Assembly: GCF_036321535.1 (NCBI RefSeq)
Contig: NC_087438.1
Location: forward strand, 1,428,001 to 1,492,000
Direction of reading: 5' to 3'
DNA from: Camelus dromedarius
Taxonomy: Eukaryota
Length of the DNA: 64,000 nt
Shown: positions 24,480-36,799 of the stretch, in pieces
Layout: every line of letters begins with the position of its first letter
Position numbering within the stretch: the first letter of the stretch is position 1
The notes under the pieces: model-generated
What the model was told of the DNA's origin: nothing
Seen by the model: the letters and a program-made list of their open reading frames with translations, nothing else
The model's database searches: none
Translations under genes and position numbers: made by a program

Positions 24480-25020
24480 ACATTCTCTTCTCCCTCTTCT
24501 GCTAAGATTCCAATTACCTGTTTTTCTCCTAGTTTTTGAGATGCCTTTTCTTGATCTATTTTCAAAGTTGTTGAATTTTTTATTTGTATTTCCATTTGAT
24601 ATGAATCTTATCCCATGATTTCTTTTTATTTTAGGTTTTTGGTTCCAAAAATTCCATTTTTCAAAAATATTTGTATCAGTTTTGCTGACAAATGACTTTT
24701 CTTTTCATTCATTACAAACATACTTTCTTTTATCTCACTGAGTATAATTATAATAGTCATTTTAAAGTCTTTGTCTGATAAATGCAACATCTGAGTCATC
24801 TGGGGTTGGCATCTGTTGTTTGCCTTTTCCCGTGAGATCGGACCATGTTTTTCTGCATCTTTTTATGTCAAGTAATTTTGGATTATATCCTAAACATTAA
24901 TCAGTGTCCAGAGGTCCAGAATGTTGTTTCCATATTTTATTCAGAGTTTATAGCTGTTACTCATTGCAAGATTTATTAGGTAATTATTTACTTCTGCATG
25001 CCAAAAGTTGAGGTCCTTCT
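24480..25020 (-). mobile_element. Ancient L1 (L1M/L1ME) 5'/ORF1-region fragment
   Basis: TTTAAAGTCTTTGTCTGATAAATGCAACATCTGAGTCATCTGGGGTTGGCATCTGTTG...GTAATTTTGGATTATATCCT, typical antisense old L1 ORF1 start region. Confidence 0.65.
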
Positions 25021-26114
25021 AACATAATTTTAGGTCTCGTCAATAATACTCCCCCTCCAAAAATCTGCTCTAATATTACAAGCACACTAGTCTCCTCACT
25101 GTTTCATGGGGATAACCACCACTTTCATCTCACATCACAGATGTAAAGACCCCCATTCAGAGTCAGCTCAGTGACATGCCCAGGTGTTTAGAGAAGTATA
25201 TAGATTTTCCTGGACTAAGTAAAAAAAAAAATAACTAAGATACTTTACTATAATATTACAATGTGACAGTCTTTGTTAAACTTGATATTTTATTTTAAAA
25301 CAGCAATTTCTCTTAGTCAAAAAAAGCATCCCCCCCCACCCACCCCATCCCCAGCAACATAATAATCTTCCTCTCTCTGCTACATACCAATGAGGTGAAT
25401 TTGTAACGTGGAGATAGGGGGTCATGTAACATTCAAGAAAAAAATGGTAGGTTGTTGGCATTCTCATAATGTAATCAAAACATTAAAAGTGCTTTAAATT
25501 TTTATTTGCTTTAGAGAAGTTTCTAATTAAAAGGATTAGCTTTACATGAACATTAAACTCCTTATCAGTGCCTCTTTATGTTCTATTTTTTTCCAATTAT
25601 TTTCTAAAAATACAAAAGGCATTGCTTTTAAATAGAGAAGTCTGTGCTTCCTTATCTTTAAAATAATGTGAGAGGAGGCAAGAACAATTTTCTCTATTTC
25701 AAACTATGTTAATAACCTACAATATTTATACTTCCCCTCATAACTCCTACTCTCCCTTTGACTTCAACAGTCTCCAGTCATCTGTGAGAACCATAAGGAT
25801 GAAAGTCAGGTGTGCGTAGCAAGGCGGTACGTAACAGAAAAAGTTAAGGGGGGACAAGGCAATTGGAAAGTAACCCATGTTTAAATAGCACCTGGAAAGA
25901 ATAGACTACAGAGTGAAAGAATTACATGAAAAAGTGGGGATATCCCACTGCGTAACAGACCAAACATGGAGCTTGAGGTTGCAAAACCTGTGCCTCTTAG
26001 GCCAGCTGGCACCTCATGAGCACTATAAAGAGAGAAAAAAAAGAAGCTCGCAGTTAGGTCTCTCTAGCAGTCAGCATCAAACACTGGGAAGATTAAAGGC
26101 TTCAGAGACAGCAA

Positions 26115-26307
26115 GCAAGACCTCTCAACTAGTTCTGCCCCTTCTGAGCTGGGTGACCTTGAACAAGCTAGCTGCTGCTTCTTGCTGATCTGTGTTGAGA
26201 TCTGTGTGAGACAGAGTTATACTTTTCCACCTGAGAGTGAGAACTATGCAGAGAATGCCTATAATGCCCAGTATGTGGTAGGAATTCAATGCATTGAAGC
26301 TATTTAT
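26115..26307 (+). mobile_element. MIR SINE
   Basis: CTGCCCCTTCTGAGCTGGGTGACCTTGAACAAG (MIR core) and 3' end GTGGTAGGAATTCAATGCATTGAAGCTATT. Confidence 0.6.
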
Positions 26308-27210
26308 ATCACCATCATCACCATCATCATCACCATCATCACCATCATCATCACCACCATCACCACCATCATCACCACCACCACCACCATCACCACCATC
26401 ATCATCACCATCACCACCATCACCACCATCATCATCACCATAATCACCGTCACCATCATCAGCACCATCACTACCATCACCACCATCATCATCACCATCA
26501 TCACCATCACCACCATCGCCATCAGCAGCAGCACCATAATCATCACCATCATTACTATTAATGTCATCATCACCATCATCACCACCACCATCACCACCAC
26601 CACCATCATCATCACCACCATCACCACCATCATCACCATCACCACCATCATCATCACCATAATCACCGTCACCATCATCAGCACCATCACTACCATCACC
26701 ACCATCATCATCACCATCATCACCATCACCATCATCATCACCATCATCACCATCATCATCACCATCATCACCACCACCACCACCACCATCACCACCATCA
26801 CCACCATCATCATCACCATCACCACCATCACCACCATCATACCATCATCATCACCATCATCACCATCACCACCATCATCACCATCACCACCATCACCACC
26901 ATCATCATCATCACCACCATCACCACCATCATCACCATCACCACCATCATCAGCACCATCAGCACCATCATCATCACCATCACCACCATCACCACCATCA
27001 TCATCACCATCATCACCATCACCACCATCACCACCATAATCATCACCATCATCACTATTAACATCATCATCATCACCACCACCATCACCACCACCATTAT
27101 CATTATCACCACCATCCTTATTACCACATCACCATGATCACCATCACCATGATCACCACCATCATCCTTATTATTATCATCACCATCATTGTCATCATCA
27201 CCAACACCAC
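26308..27210. repeat. ~900 bp compound (CAT/CAC)n trinucleotide repeat
   Basis: Near-continuous ATC/ACC triplets that degenerate after ~27100. Confidence 0.98.
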
Positions 27211-28249
27211 TGTCATTGTCTTTTGAGTGTCTCAAGTAAAGACAAACTAGGGCTCTGAGAACTAACAGAGTCTTCAGGGTCACACAATTCATCCCCTAGG
27301 AGCTGATGGATGTGGCTCAGACCAGGATCAGTGATGCTCGAGACACATGCCTTTGTGTCATGGTGCCCAAGTGTCAAGGTGTCCTCTGTGAGTGGCAGGG
27401 TCTCTTCTGGGTGCTTTGATAAGAAAGTGAACATGTTCCAGAATGCTCTGTGGGACGAGCCTCTGTCAGACACTCACCTTCTTACTATGCTTACTATCCA
27501 TACCTCACCCAGCACCAGGTCAGCCCCGAGGAGGGGCAGAGCAGGAAGGTCTGGCCTGTGCCCGGTTGTTCTGCATCCTCACTTCTTCTTCAGAGCCTCT
27601 GGACTCTGAGATTGGGCTAGAATGTTATGAGGCAGTGGATGCAACAATTGTTTTGGGCATAAACACCCAGGAAACCAAATATCAGAAGCAAATGGAATAT
27701 CTGGTCAACAAGAGAATGCTACCATGCCTACTTTTAACTTTTCTGTATATTCTTGAGCTCAAAGTTAAAACCAGGTATGAAATTTTATACATATGTATAT
27801 ACATATGCATATATATTGAAAAGTGGCTATTTTCCATCCTTACTATTATTGTAATTTGTTTTACATTTTCTCATATCCTTTGATTAAATACTGGCTCAAA
27901 TTTGTAAAGTTAGCCAGTTTTATTCAGCCATGACTCTAGGCTGGAAATCACTGTGATGACAAAAACATACAAATGATGACAATGATGATATACACGTGGT
28001 ATTCCCCTGGGCTGTGCTCTGACCCAGAGTGAGGGGGTCAGCTCATTAGCCTCTGAATATTATTATAGTGAACCCACTGCTAGCTTTCAGGAATTTCTCT
28101 CAAGTAGCCCATGGATTTTGTGAGCTCTACACAAAGTATGTTTTCTATGGGATTTTTGGTTTGATGTTAAAATGTTTTCCATTTTGCCTTTAATAATTCC
28201 TTACCTGCATGTGGCAGAAGAAATGAAACATGCTGGAAACCAACCTCCA

Positions 28250-28607
28250 GTTTATGAAGTCCTGATTCATGCCAAGACACAGATGAACCTTGAAAACATT
28301 ACACTGAGTGAAAAGAGCCAGACCTAAAAGGACAGATGCTGCACAATTCCAGTTATATGAAATGCCTAGAGTAGGGAAGTTCGTGGAGTTAGAGGTACAG
28401 CAGAGACCCCGGGCTCTGTGGAGGGGAGGGGGTATCACTATTCAGGGGGTACAAAGCTTTTGTTCATGGTGATGAAACAGTTCTGGGAACAGTGATGATG
28501 GTTACACATTTTGAATCCACTTAATGCCACTGAGTGGTTCATTTAGGAAAGGTTTAGTTGGTCAGTTTCATGTTCCACAAATTCTATTGCAATGAAAAAT
28601 TAAAAAT
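28250..28607 (+). mobile_element. L1MB-like 3' end
   Basis: GATGAACCTTGAAAACATTACACTGAGTGAAAAGAGCCAGAC...GGTGATGAAACAGTTCTGG...ACTTAATGCCACTGAGTGG plus A-rich end. Confidence 0.85.
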
Positions 28608-31600
28608 CGACCCTACAAAACAAATGTCCTGACAGTAAAACAAATGCACAAAAAGCAGGATGGCTTCTCCACTTGGAGCTGGGCCCAGGGAGAAGGTGGG
28701 TGGGGGCCAGACCCCTGCCCGGCCCTCCATGCAGCCGGATCCAGCCTCTCAAGGTGCTTCATTATTTATGAGTGAAGCAATCTGGTGGGCAGCCAGCTGT
28801 CAGCAGCTAAATCCAATACTGAAAGGTCACGGCCACGGATGTCAGAGTGAAAGAGTGTTAAAGCAAATACAAATACATCTCTTTAATTTCGGCTGGACTG
28901 ATCGGGTACCAACTGGAGGTGCCACAGGTCAGGAGGCGTGAGCCAGCAGGTCAGCGGAGAGGAGGGAGGCCAGCCCCAGGTGCCCTGCCTCTTGTCTCCA
29001 CAAATGAAGAGATGCCCACGCCAGCACCCACGGCACTGAATACGGCGGAGCGCACGGCTGCGGCCACGCCAGGGTCCCTGCCGGCTGGAATCACGCTCTA
29101 TTTGAAGCAAGTCTGCAAAGGCTCTCCAGTGTCCTGACAGCGAGAATTAACCCATGTACCCACAACCTCGCCTGAGACCTGGCCCTGGGGTCACCGGCCC
29201 ATGGACCTGCATGGGGGCTCTGGGTCCCAGAGCACGACTGTGGCTCTCGCACGCCAGAGGGTGGTGAGGACCCAGTGCAGCTCAGGGCTTCTGTGCTCGG
29301 CTCACTCCATGTCCCAGGTCCCGTACAGTCACAACTCGCATGGCAGGGAAGGCGGGCCTGCTGGTGGGTGGCCTGGCGAGGTGTGGGAGCCCATCAGGCA
29401 GGCGAGGGGCCCCCGATCCCTGCTGCCCAGCGGCTGTTCTCCAGCTCCAGAGATGCAGCGCTGGCTTCCATCAGCAGACCGGGAGCGCCAACCAAAACTT
29501 CCCAGAAGGGAATGAAGGGAAACTCACAAACAGACAAACACACGCAGATGTCAGTGTGGAAATACTCTCAGTCCCACACAGTCAGGCGTCCACACAGGCA
29601 AGGAGGGGAGTAACAATTTTGCCAGTTAAACTTGACCATTATTTAGAAAAATATGAATGCCCAGGAGTTCCTCCCAGGCCCCATCCTCTGGTGCGAGACA
29701 GCGCTACTTTGCGAAGCTGCACTCCCAGTCGGACCAGAGACACGGCTCCCGGCCCTACGGCGGGCCTCGCTCCCCCAATGTCCGTGGAGGATGCGCTGAC
29801 GGAGGGCAGCTGCCGCTAGCCACCAACACAGTGCTGCTCCCCCTCTTCAGGGCCAGGAGGTTTCCAGAGAGAAGCAGGCAGGTGCCATGGGAGCTCTGGA
29901 CAGGGACGTATGTGACACCAAGTTGGCAGCGAGGGGAGCGACTACAGAGGGGCCGGAGGAGTGTAAGCATGGGCCAGCATCCCAGCCCAGGGAGCGGCCC
30001 CTGCTCTGGCCAGGGAAGGTCAGTGCTGCCCGCCCAGCAATTTCTCTCCCTTTCCAGGGAATATTCTGGAATGCAGGTCAGGAAGTGAAGTGTTATTGCC
30101 TCACCACCCTTTGACCTGCTCCTGTTTACAGGAGGAGAGGCACCCTCAGTGCATCTGCAGGTGTTTAGATCAGACCGCACCACACCTCTGAACAGACCCC
30201 TTGAGCCCCTGGCTGCTGCGTGGGGTCTGGCTGCCCCAGGTGTGGCCACGTCGGCGCCCCTGCCACCCTTTGCCTTGGGTGCACTCACAGTGGAGTCCCA
30301 GAACGTGGACATCGGTCCCTCATTTTTACCAGAATTAACACAAGGTAACTGTTGGAAAACCCAGATCACGCACCCTGAGATCGGGGAGCTGAGTTTAGAA
30401 TGAGCCACCGTGCCTGCGTCTGAGCAGAGCTGAGCGTGAGGAACACGTCCCTGGTGCCTGAGCTCGTCGCTGGAGCAGGAGGGGTCTCCAACTTGGTTCA
30501 CATTGTGTACAATCGCCGTGAGTGGGGCTCTCTTCCAACTTCCAAAAGCTTACGGGGTGAGAGGTAACAAAGGCGAGGAAAACACCTTTGCTGTCTTTCT
30601 ATCTGGATTCGTTAATGACGTGTAAGTGTGAAAATAAGCCTCAGAGTCTGGGGCTGAAGTGAAACCCCAAGCGCCTGCGGGTGTTTAGCAGGAGGAGCTA
30701 CGTCTCCTCCGTGCCCTTTGCTGAAGGGAGAATGGGCTGTCAGCCACCGACAGGTGGACAGCGTGCCTGGTGTCCATCGGCGGTCGGCTGTTGGACGGCA
30801 TTCGTGAAACAGGGCGCTACGTACTGATCGGTGCTTCACCCGGGGCAATGGGGACAGCAGCACGCAGCCCCGGGAACCCTCCCGCATCCCGTCTCCCTGC
30901 TCCGCCCCCTTCCTGCCCTCTTCCTTTCCCGTGGGGCCTCCCACACCTGGGCTTCCTCGGGTGGATCGTGTCCAGGAGGGGGCCCTGCCCCGCCGCTTCC
31001 GAGGACCCCACCCACCCAGCGCATCTCCTTGTCGGGGCGCGGAGCAGCCTGTCAGCTCTGTCCTCCCCGAGCCCGGGGCTGGCCAGACACACGTGTTCAG
31101 GAACGAAGGCTTTAAAAACAGCGTCCTCTCTGTCCCCTTGCTGGGATGAACAGACACCTTTGTTTTAGAGCCTTAAGGACTGACGTTACCTATGTGCTGG
31201 ACCCGCTCTCCGGCATCAGAGCGTCTCTGTGCCCACGGGGCAAGGGGCTCTAGGAAGGGCCCCGCTCAGCGCAGAGCCAGCCCGACCGAGGTCAATGACC
31301 GCCCTCCCCGCGGCGGGCCCGGCCGGTTCCCACGGCGCCGGAGCCCCGGAGCCGCGGTCTCCAGGGCAGGGAGAGGCGCTCCGCGCCTTTCCTTCTGTTG
31401 GGCATTGTCGGTGTGTGTTGTCACAATTCAGCGTCTGTGTGTCAGAGTCTGTGTCTGGGCCTTCCCTTCTCCTGCCTGCGCCTCCTCCCTTCCATCGGCA
31501 GGCAGAGGGTCGGTCCCGCCACGCGGCCGGTGCTGGCCCGAGTGCGCACGCGAGAACCTGAACTTTCAAATCCAAGGATTCTCTGTGTTTCTGCGCCATT

Positions 31601-33344
31601 TAATAGCATGTGTTCCCTCATCATAATTATACAAATCACAGTTAATTCTGTAAAATGTGAACAATTGTAGCTACATAGTTTTATATATTTGATAAATGTA
31701 CTCCTCCATGTAATCACAATCCAGATGTATACATATATGATACATGTTATATGAAACAGACAAAAAGCATGTATATTATATTCTGCTTGCTCTGAAGTCC
31801 TCAGTTGCAGGATTGTAAGTAATTTGTATTTCATTATACACACTTCTCTATAATTTCTCACATTTTACAGAATATGCATTTTATCTTGGTTATAGTTAGT
31901 TGGCGCACGTAATGATATAAATGGCTACCGTCTTGCACGCAGAGGCTGGGGTTCTGGAGACACGCGTGCTGGACGCTCTCAGGGCCCATGAGGTGTTTTC
32001 ACTTCTTGCTTCCAGGAAGCTCCTAGGCTGGTCAGGCTGTGAGCACTTGCAAACAAATAAACATAGTAACGAAGTGCTTTGAGGAGCGCTCATGGTAATA
32101 GACAATCAGCCCTGCGAGCAAATGGGCGGCCGTGAGCAGTGCCCCTCGAGGCCGTGGTCGTGGCCACTCGGGGGAAAGGCGAGGAAAGGCCTGGATGCTG
32201 ACTTTCACTGAGCTTCTGCGCCACGGGCAGTGATGTGAACGCTCTGTGCACCCCGTTCCGTTTCCCTCATAACCACCTAGAATGTAACCCCCCCAGCTCT
32301 GCTCTGTGGCCTGAGAGCAGAGACTGGGCGAATGTAGAGAACACTTGAAGCTGCCCGGCAGGCTGGGCAGGGCCATCGCTGGGGAGAGCATAAGGGTCCG
32401 GCAGAGGGAGCCGAGGGGTGTCCCAGACAGGCTGGCTGGATGGAACAAAAATAGTGAGGTGGCCACGCGCAGCTGTTTTGGGAAACTGAATGACCGCCTT
32501 TGGTTGGTAAGAATGATTCAAGCAGGAGTGTGACGAAAGGGGTGGGTGGCCCCGGAACCACAGGAGCCGGTCCTGAGGTCCTTCTCCATGTGCTGTGGCT
32601 AGAACGGCCACACCGTCGCCTGTAGGAATGCGATGAGGTGGGCGTGTCCGCACTTAACCAGCTTTCAACGCACAGCGTCTGCTGCCCCTCCAGGACGTGG
32701 CTTCCAGCACATCCTCTGCATCTTCCCCCGAGGGAGGACACAGTGGGTCTGCACCAGCCTGGAGGAGGGGCCTGATACCTGGTGATGCTCGCAGACCCTG
32801 CCCCACAGTGGGTCAGCGTCCTTGATGAGGGTGTGGGCGCCACCTCGCGCAGGCTGATGGCAGACTGCTGAAGGGCGGTGATTAAGAGGAAACGTCCAGT
32901 CAGTTCACAACAGGCTGCGTGATGGATTAAAACCAATTGCAGAGACGTGCACGATCACAAAGTCCCTGCGGGAAAGTTCACATTCACGTGAGCGCACACA
33001 CAGCCACACGCAGCACAGACACTGTGCACCAGGAAGGGAGGAGGCCGGCGTGAGGGCTGCAGGCAAGCTTCTCACTGTGTTTCCTGGGTTCGTGTCGGGG
33101 CCCTGAAGTGGAAAGAAGACACAGGTTTAGTTGGCTGAGTTAGTTCAACAGGTATCTTGAGACACACAGAGTTTCCTTGTGTAAAACCCCGGTCATACAT
33201 TTAAAATGGGAAAGGGGCATAACCTCTTGTTTCTAGAAATCCACACTCTGTTGGGGGTGGTATGACGTGAGGTCACACGTCCACACCTGGAAGCTATTCC
33301 TCTTAAAGGAAATCGGAATTTCGGTCTTAGAGGAGACACACAGG

Positions 33345-34410
33345 TGGAAATCTGTTCAGTTCTTGACATGCTAGGTTTAGGCTGAGGTATCTGAATGGGA
33401 ATTTGCTAAAGGTATCGCAAACAAAGGGCTGAGACTCAGGAGAGCATGGGATTGGAGCTGTGGCACTAAGAATAATCGTTCTCGAGGGATTGTTTGAAGG
33501 CGGGAGAGTCGTTCAGACAATTCAGGGTTGGGGTAAAAGCAGAGGGGAGGCTGAGGTCCCCACGTGAGCGGTGGCGTGTCTGAGTGGACTTGGACGAGGC
33601 ACAGATGTCCTGGATTAGAAACCAGGAGCAGGTGTCAGGCTGGGAGCGCAGGGAGGAGGGCGATTCCTGGCGAAGGTCATCGCAGGATCCATGGCTCAAG
33701 ACCGGAGGCTCAGGATGCAGACAGAGGACAGGACGGTGGGTCCGGAGCTGCAGGTGACCCTCGGGAGGAGAGGGCAAGGGTAATGAGGGAGGGGAAGTCG
33801 GGCCACAGAGGTCAAGGAGCAGTCGATGGAGAATCGGTTTCTTAGACCCTTGTGCTGAGAAGCTCATCTTGAGAGGACGGAGACGCTGGGAGGAGCTGGC
33901 AGAGGCAGCGGGGCCCAGCGGGGCTTGTCAAGGGGGAGAAGGTGGCGCCTGATGGGATGGAGTGTTGGGAGAGACCCGAGCCTCTGGCGTCCAGACGTGC
34001 CCTGAAGCACGCCCTTCACTGCCAGGGAGGATGTGGGGGTGCCACCCTGAGAGCAGGAGGGACAAGGGTCCAGGAAGCAATGAGAGAACCATCCGAGGGG
34101 AACAGAAGAGACTCTGATACACACAGGACAGCGAACTACCCTGGTTTCCTGGATAAAATCGAAGGACACACATTGAAGGGCAAGGGTGGGGTCACCTCGG
34201 TGGAAGCAGCAAAGCTTTGTGGGAAATATGCTGGAGAAAGGAGAGGACAGAGCACTGAGGACACACCGTGGGGACGTCAGGCATCTTCCAGGGGTCTCTC
34301 AAGAAATACCCTTAGGCCTAGAGGCGAGGACAGCGGCCTCGGACAGCAGATCTGGGTGTCCGCAGAGTGGACACTGAAGCATGGAGGACACCAGAGTTCA
34401 AAGTCAAGGC
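33345..34410 (-). mobile_element. LINE-2 remnants (at least two pieces)
   Basis: TTCAGTTCTTGACATGCTAGGTTT...CTGAGACTCAGGAGAG...TGGAGCTG at 33355-33465 and a similar segment at 34270-34400 match antisense L2; purine-rich in between. Confidence 0.55.
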
Positions 34411-34777
34411 TCTGCTGAAGCGGCCAACCCCAAAGCTGAATTCCCAGTTCATCCTAGAACCAGATGGGGCCAAGGGGAGCGACGGATTGGCCGTGGTGCA
34501 GGCGCAGGTATGGAGAAGCAGTCACAGAGCAGAATGGAGGGCTGCCTCTGGGGCGTGTATTTGTACATTTGAAAAAGCATGTCCAACTCTTTTGGGAAAT
34601 TATTTAGTGAATGGTGCAAGGGCAACTGATGATTTCAAATGAGGCGGGAAAATCCAGCAGCATTTCAAAGGCGGGGCCAACAGGAGACTTGCATCAGTCT
34701 GTAACCGCTCCTCAGCGGACATCGCAGTGCTGTCATGTAGTGGATCTAAACCTGCCCTAGGAAGACTCCAGCATCAA

Positions 34778-34905
34778 CTCCAGATTACATGGTGAGAAAA
34801 CTCGCACCCCAGAGGCTAGGAAAGTCCTCGGCTGCCGAGGGCAGAGGGAGGCACGGAGTTGGACCCAGGCTGGTCCTTTCCAAGCCCGCGCTTTCCTCAC
34901 CACAC
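34778..34905 (-). mobile_element. MIR SINE
   Basis: CCCAGATTACATGGTGAGAAAACT...CCCAGAGG...GACCCAGGCTGGTC...CCAAGCCCGCGCTTT. Confidence 0.6.
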
Positions 34906-36574
34906 TTGGCTGGAGCTTGGGGGCCCAGCGAGGGCAGGATCCTGCAGGAGAGCATCACTGCTCTGGGCTCGGGGCCAGTGACGGAAAGGAGACGTCCATG
35001 TGGCCGGAGAAGACTGCCTGGCCACCGTCTGGCTGGCAGCACCGCCCTGGAGCCTGAGGTCCGAATGCAGCTGGACCACTTGGACCCTCAAACGTGAGCT
35101 CCGTACAACTTCCCTAATAACCAAAATGACTTCCCACCAGCAGGTGCCCCATGAAATGCAAGAAGACGGAACTGACCCCTGATGAAAGGTCTAGGGGATG
35201 TTCTGAACGGCAGGAGCGCTGGGTTTATGTTCCCAAGCCTTCCTGAAAGTCGTTCATCTTACGTTAATCTTAGTTTGTAAAGTGTAGAGTGCTTTAGGAC
35301 TTTTTCTGAACCCAGATTTCCGTTGCTTAGATAATAAGGCTGGTGTCACTGGCACTGGAGGTGTCACCCAGATGTCCTTTCTGGATGGGGGGATGGAGAA
35401 TGAATTTCCCAGGAGTGAGGCCCGCAGACAGCCCTCAGCGGTCAGCCATCTGTAGGAATCCCCTCAGAAGAGCAGACACCCCCACACACACATGTCACAT
35501 CTCCTGGGGGCCACTGTCCCCCCCGCCAAGCACCTCCCTTCTGTGCTGGCCAAGGGCTCAGCCACAACCTTCATGGAGGCGGCCCGGCCCTGCGTTCTCC
35601 TGCACCTTCTCCAGCGGACAACCCAAGGGCACCCCCAGAGAGTAGTCTCAACCGCAATCTCTGTCTCCACCTGTGGCAAGTAGGAACCGTCACGTCCAAG
35701 TTCTGCTCTGAATTTGTCCTGCTCCGCGTGCACCCCCTCACCCTCCATCGCAAGGATGTTCCTGGGGTGAAATGCACATTATCACGCTGCTGAAGGGGTG
35801 TGACTTCTTACCGACACATGCCCACGTGGGTGGAGATGACCAGCAAGCGGACGGAAAATCCAAATGGGTCCGTTCACCTCTCCAGCCCTCGGTGCCACTT
35901 CCCAGCGAAACACGCAGGTGCTTTCCGGGTTGGTGTAGTTAATCCAGGTTAAGCCCGCTTCTGTTTGGTTGCCTATGTCTGCTCATTTCTTGTCTTTGAA
36001 AGACCTTTGAAAATCACTCTGTAAAAATAAATGAACCAAATCGAGCCTGGGGGCTGCTTCCCCGCAGGGCAGGTGACAGACCCTCTTTCCTTGAGTGGAC
36101 AGGACACACTGCACCTGCCCCTGTGCCCCGATTCCCGGACCGCCTCCTGTAGCCCATTTGCTGGTGAAATGTCTAGAGAAAGATCTCGTGACACATCAGA
36201 CCCAACACGTTTCCATCTCAAACCCTGTAATTTGCTCATATTAGGCATTTTTTTAAAAGACAGAAACATGACTGAGGTGGTTACAGCCCCCTCAGCCCCG
36301 TCGTGGAGCCCAGTCCCCGGGACAGCCACCAGTGCGCCCGCCGCAGGGCTCGCCGCAGGGCTCGTCGCCGGGCTCGCTCTGCTCACCCAGCACCAGCAAT
36401 CCCGGGTGTCTCTCGCACAGCCCTCCGCTCCGCGTGGACGGCGCGCACACAGACCTCGCTGCACACAGACCGCGCAGCACACGGACCGCGCAGCACAGGG
36501 ACCTTGGGCAGCACAGGGCCCTGCGTTGAGTCTCTCTAGTCCCGGGCTGCGTTTTGAGATGCTGATGCTTTAGG

Positions 36575-36763
36575 CTCCTCTGGGAGGGGCCAGACAATCA
36601 CTGTGTGAGGCTTTGTGGCAGCCACTTGTGTGCACTTGTAACAAGGACGCGGCCGTGGGCGGTATGTGAACTAGCGAGGTCGGATGTGTGCCAATCAAAC
36701 TTTACTTACAAAAACAGGCAGCCGGTCCGAGTTGGCTCAGGGGCTCTGGTCTGCAGACCCTGC
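36575..36763 (+). mobile_element. MER58A-like hAT-Charlie non-autonomous DNA transposon
   Basis: GGGCCAGACA...GGCTTTGTGG...GTGTGCCAATCAAACTTTACTTACAAAAACAGGCAGCCGGTCCGAGTTGGC...TGCAGACCCTG. Confidence 0.85.
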
Positions 36764-36799
36764 CCAGATGCAGCCCCCGTTTGGACCCCTGGGAAGCAT

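Noticed and set aside
26182..27292. Long ORFs encoding poly-Ile/Thr, poly-Ser/Pro and poly-Met/Val (and a near poly-His frame)
   Set aside because: These are translations of the CAT/CAC repeat; there are no splice or promoter signals and the triplet phase shifts at ~26840.
29340..31670. Many overlapping 100-250 aa ORFs on both strands (likewise at 40-46 kb)
   Set aside because: Pro/Arg/Gly/Ala-rich composition expected from GC-rich non-coding DNA; no homology I recognise.
36338..36520. Short 12-bp (CGCCGCAGGGCT) and ~16-bp (GCACAC.GACCGCGCA) tandem repeats
   Set aside because: Only 3-4 degenerate copies; ordinary slippage products.
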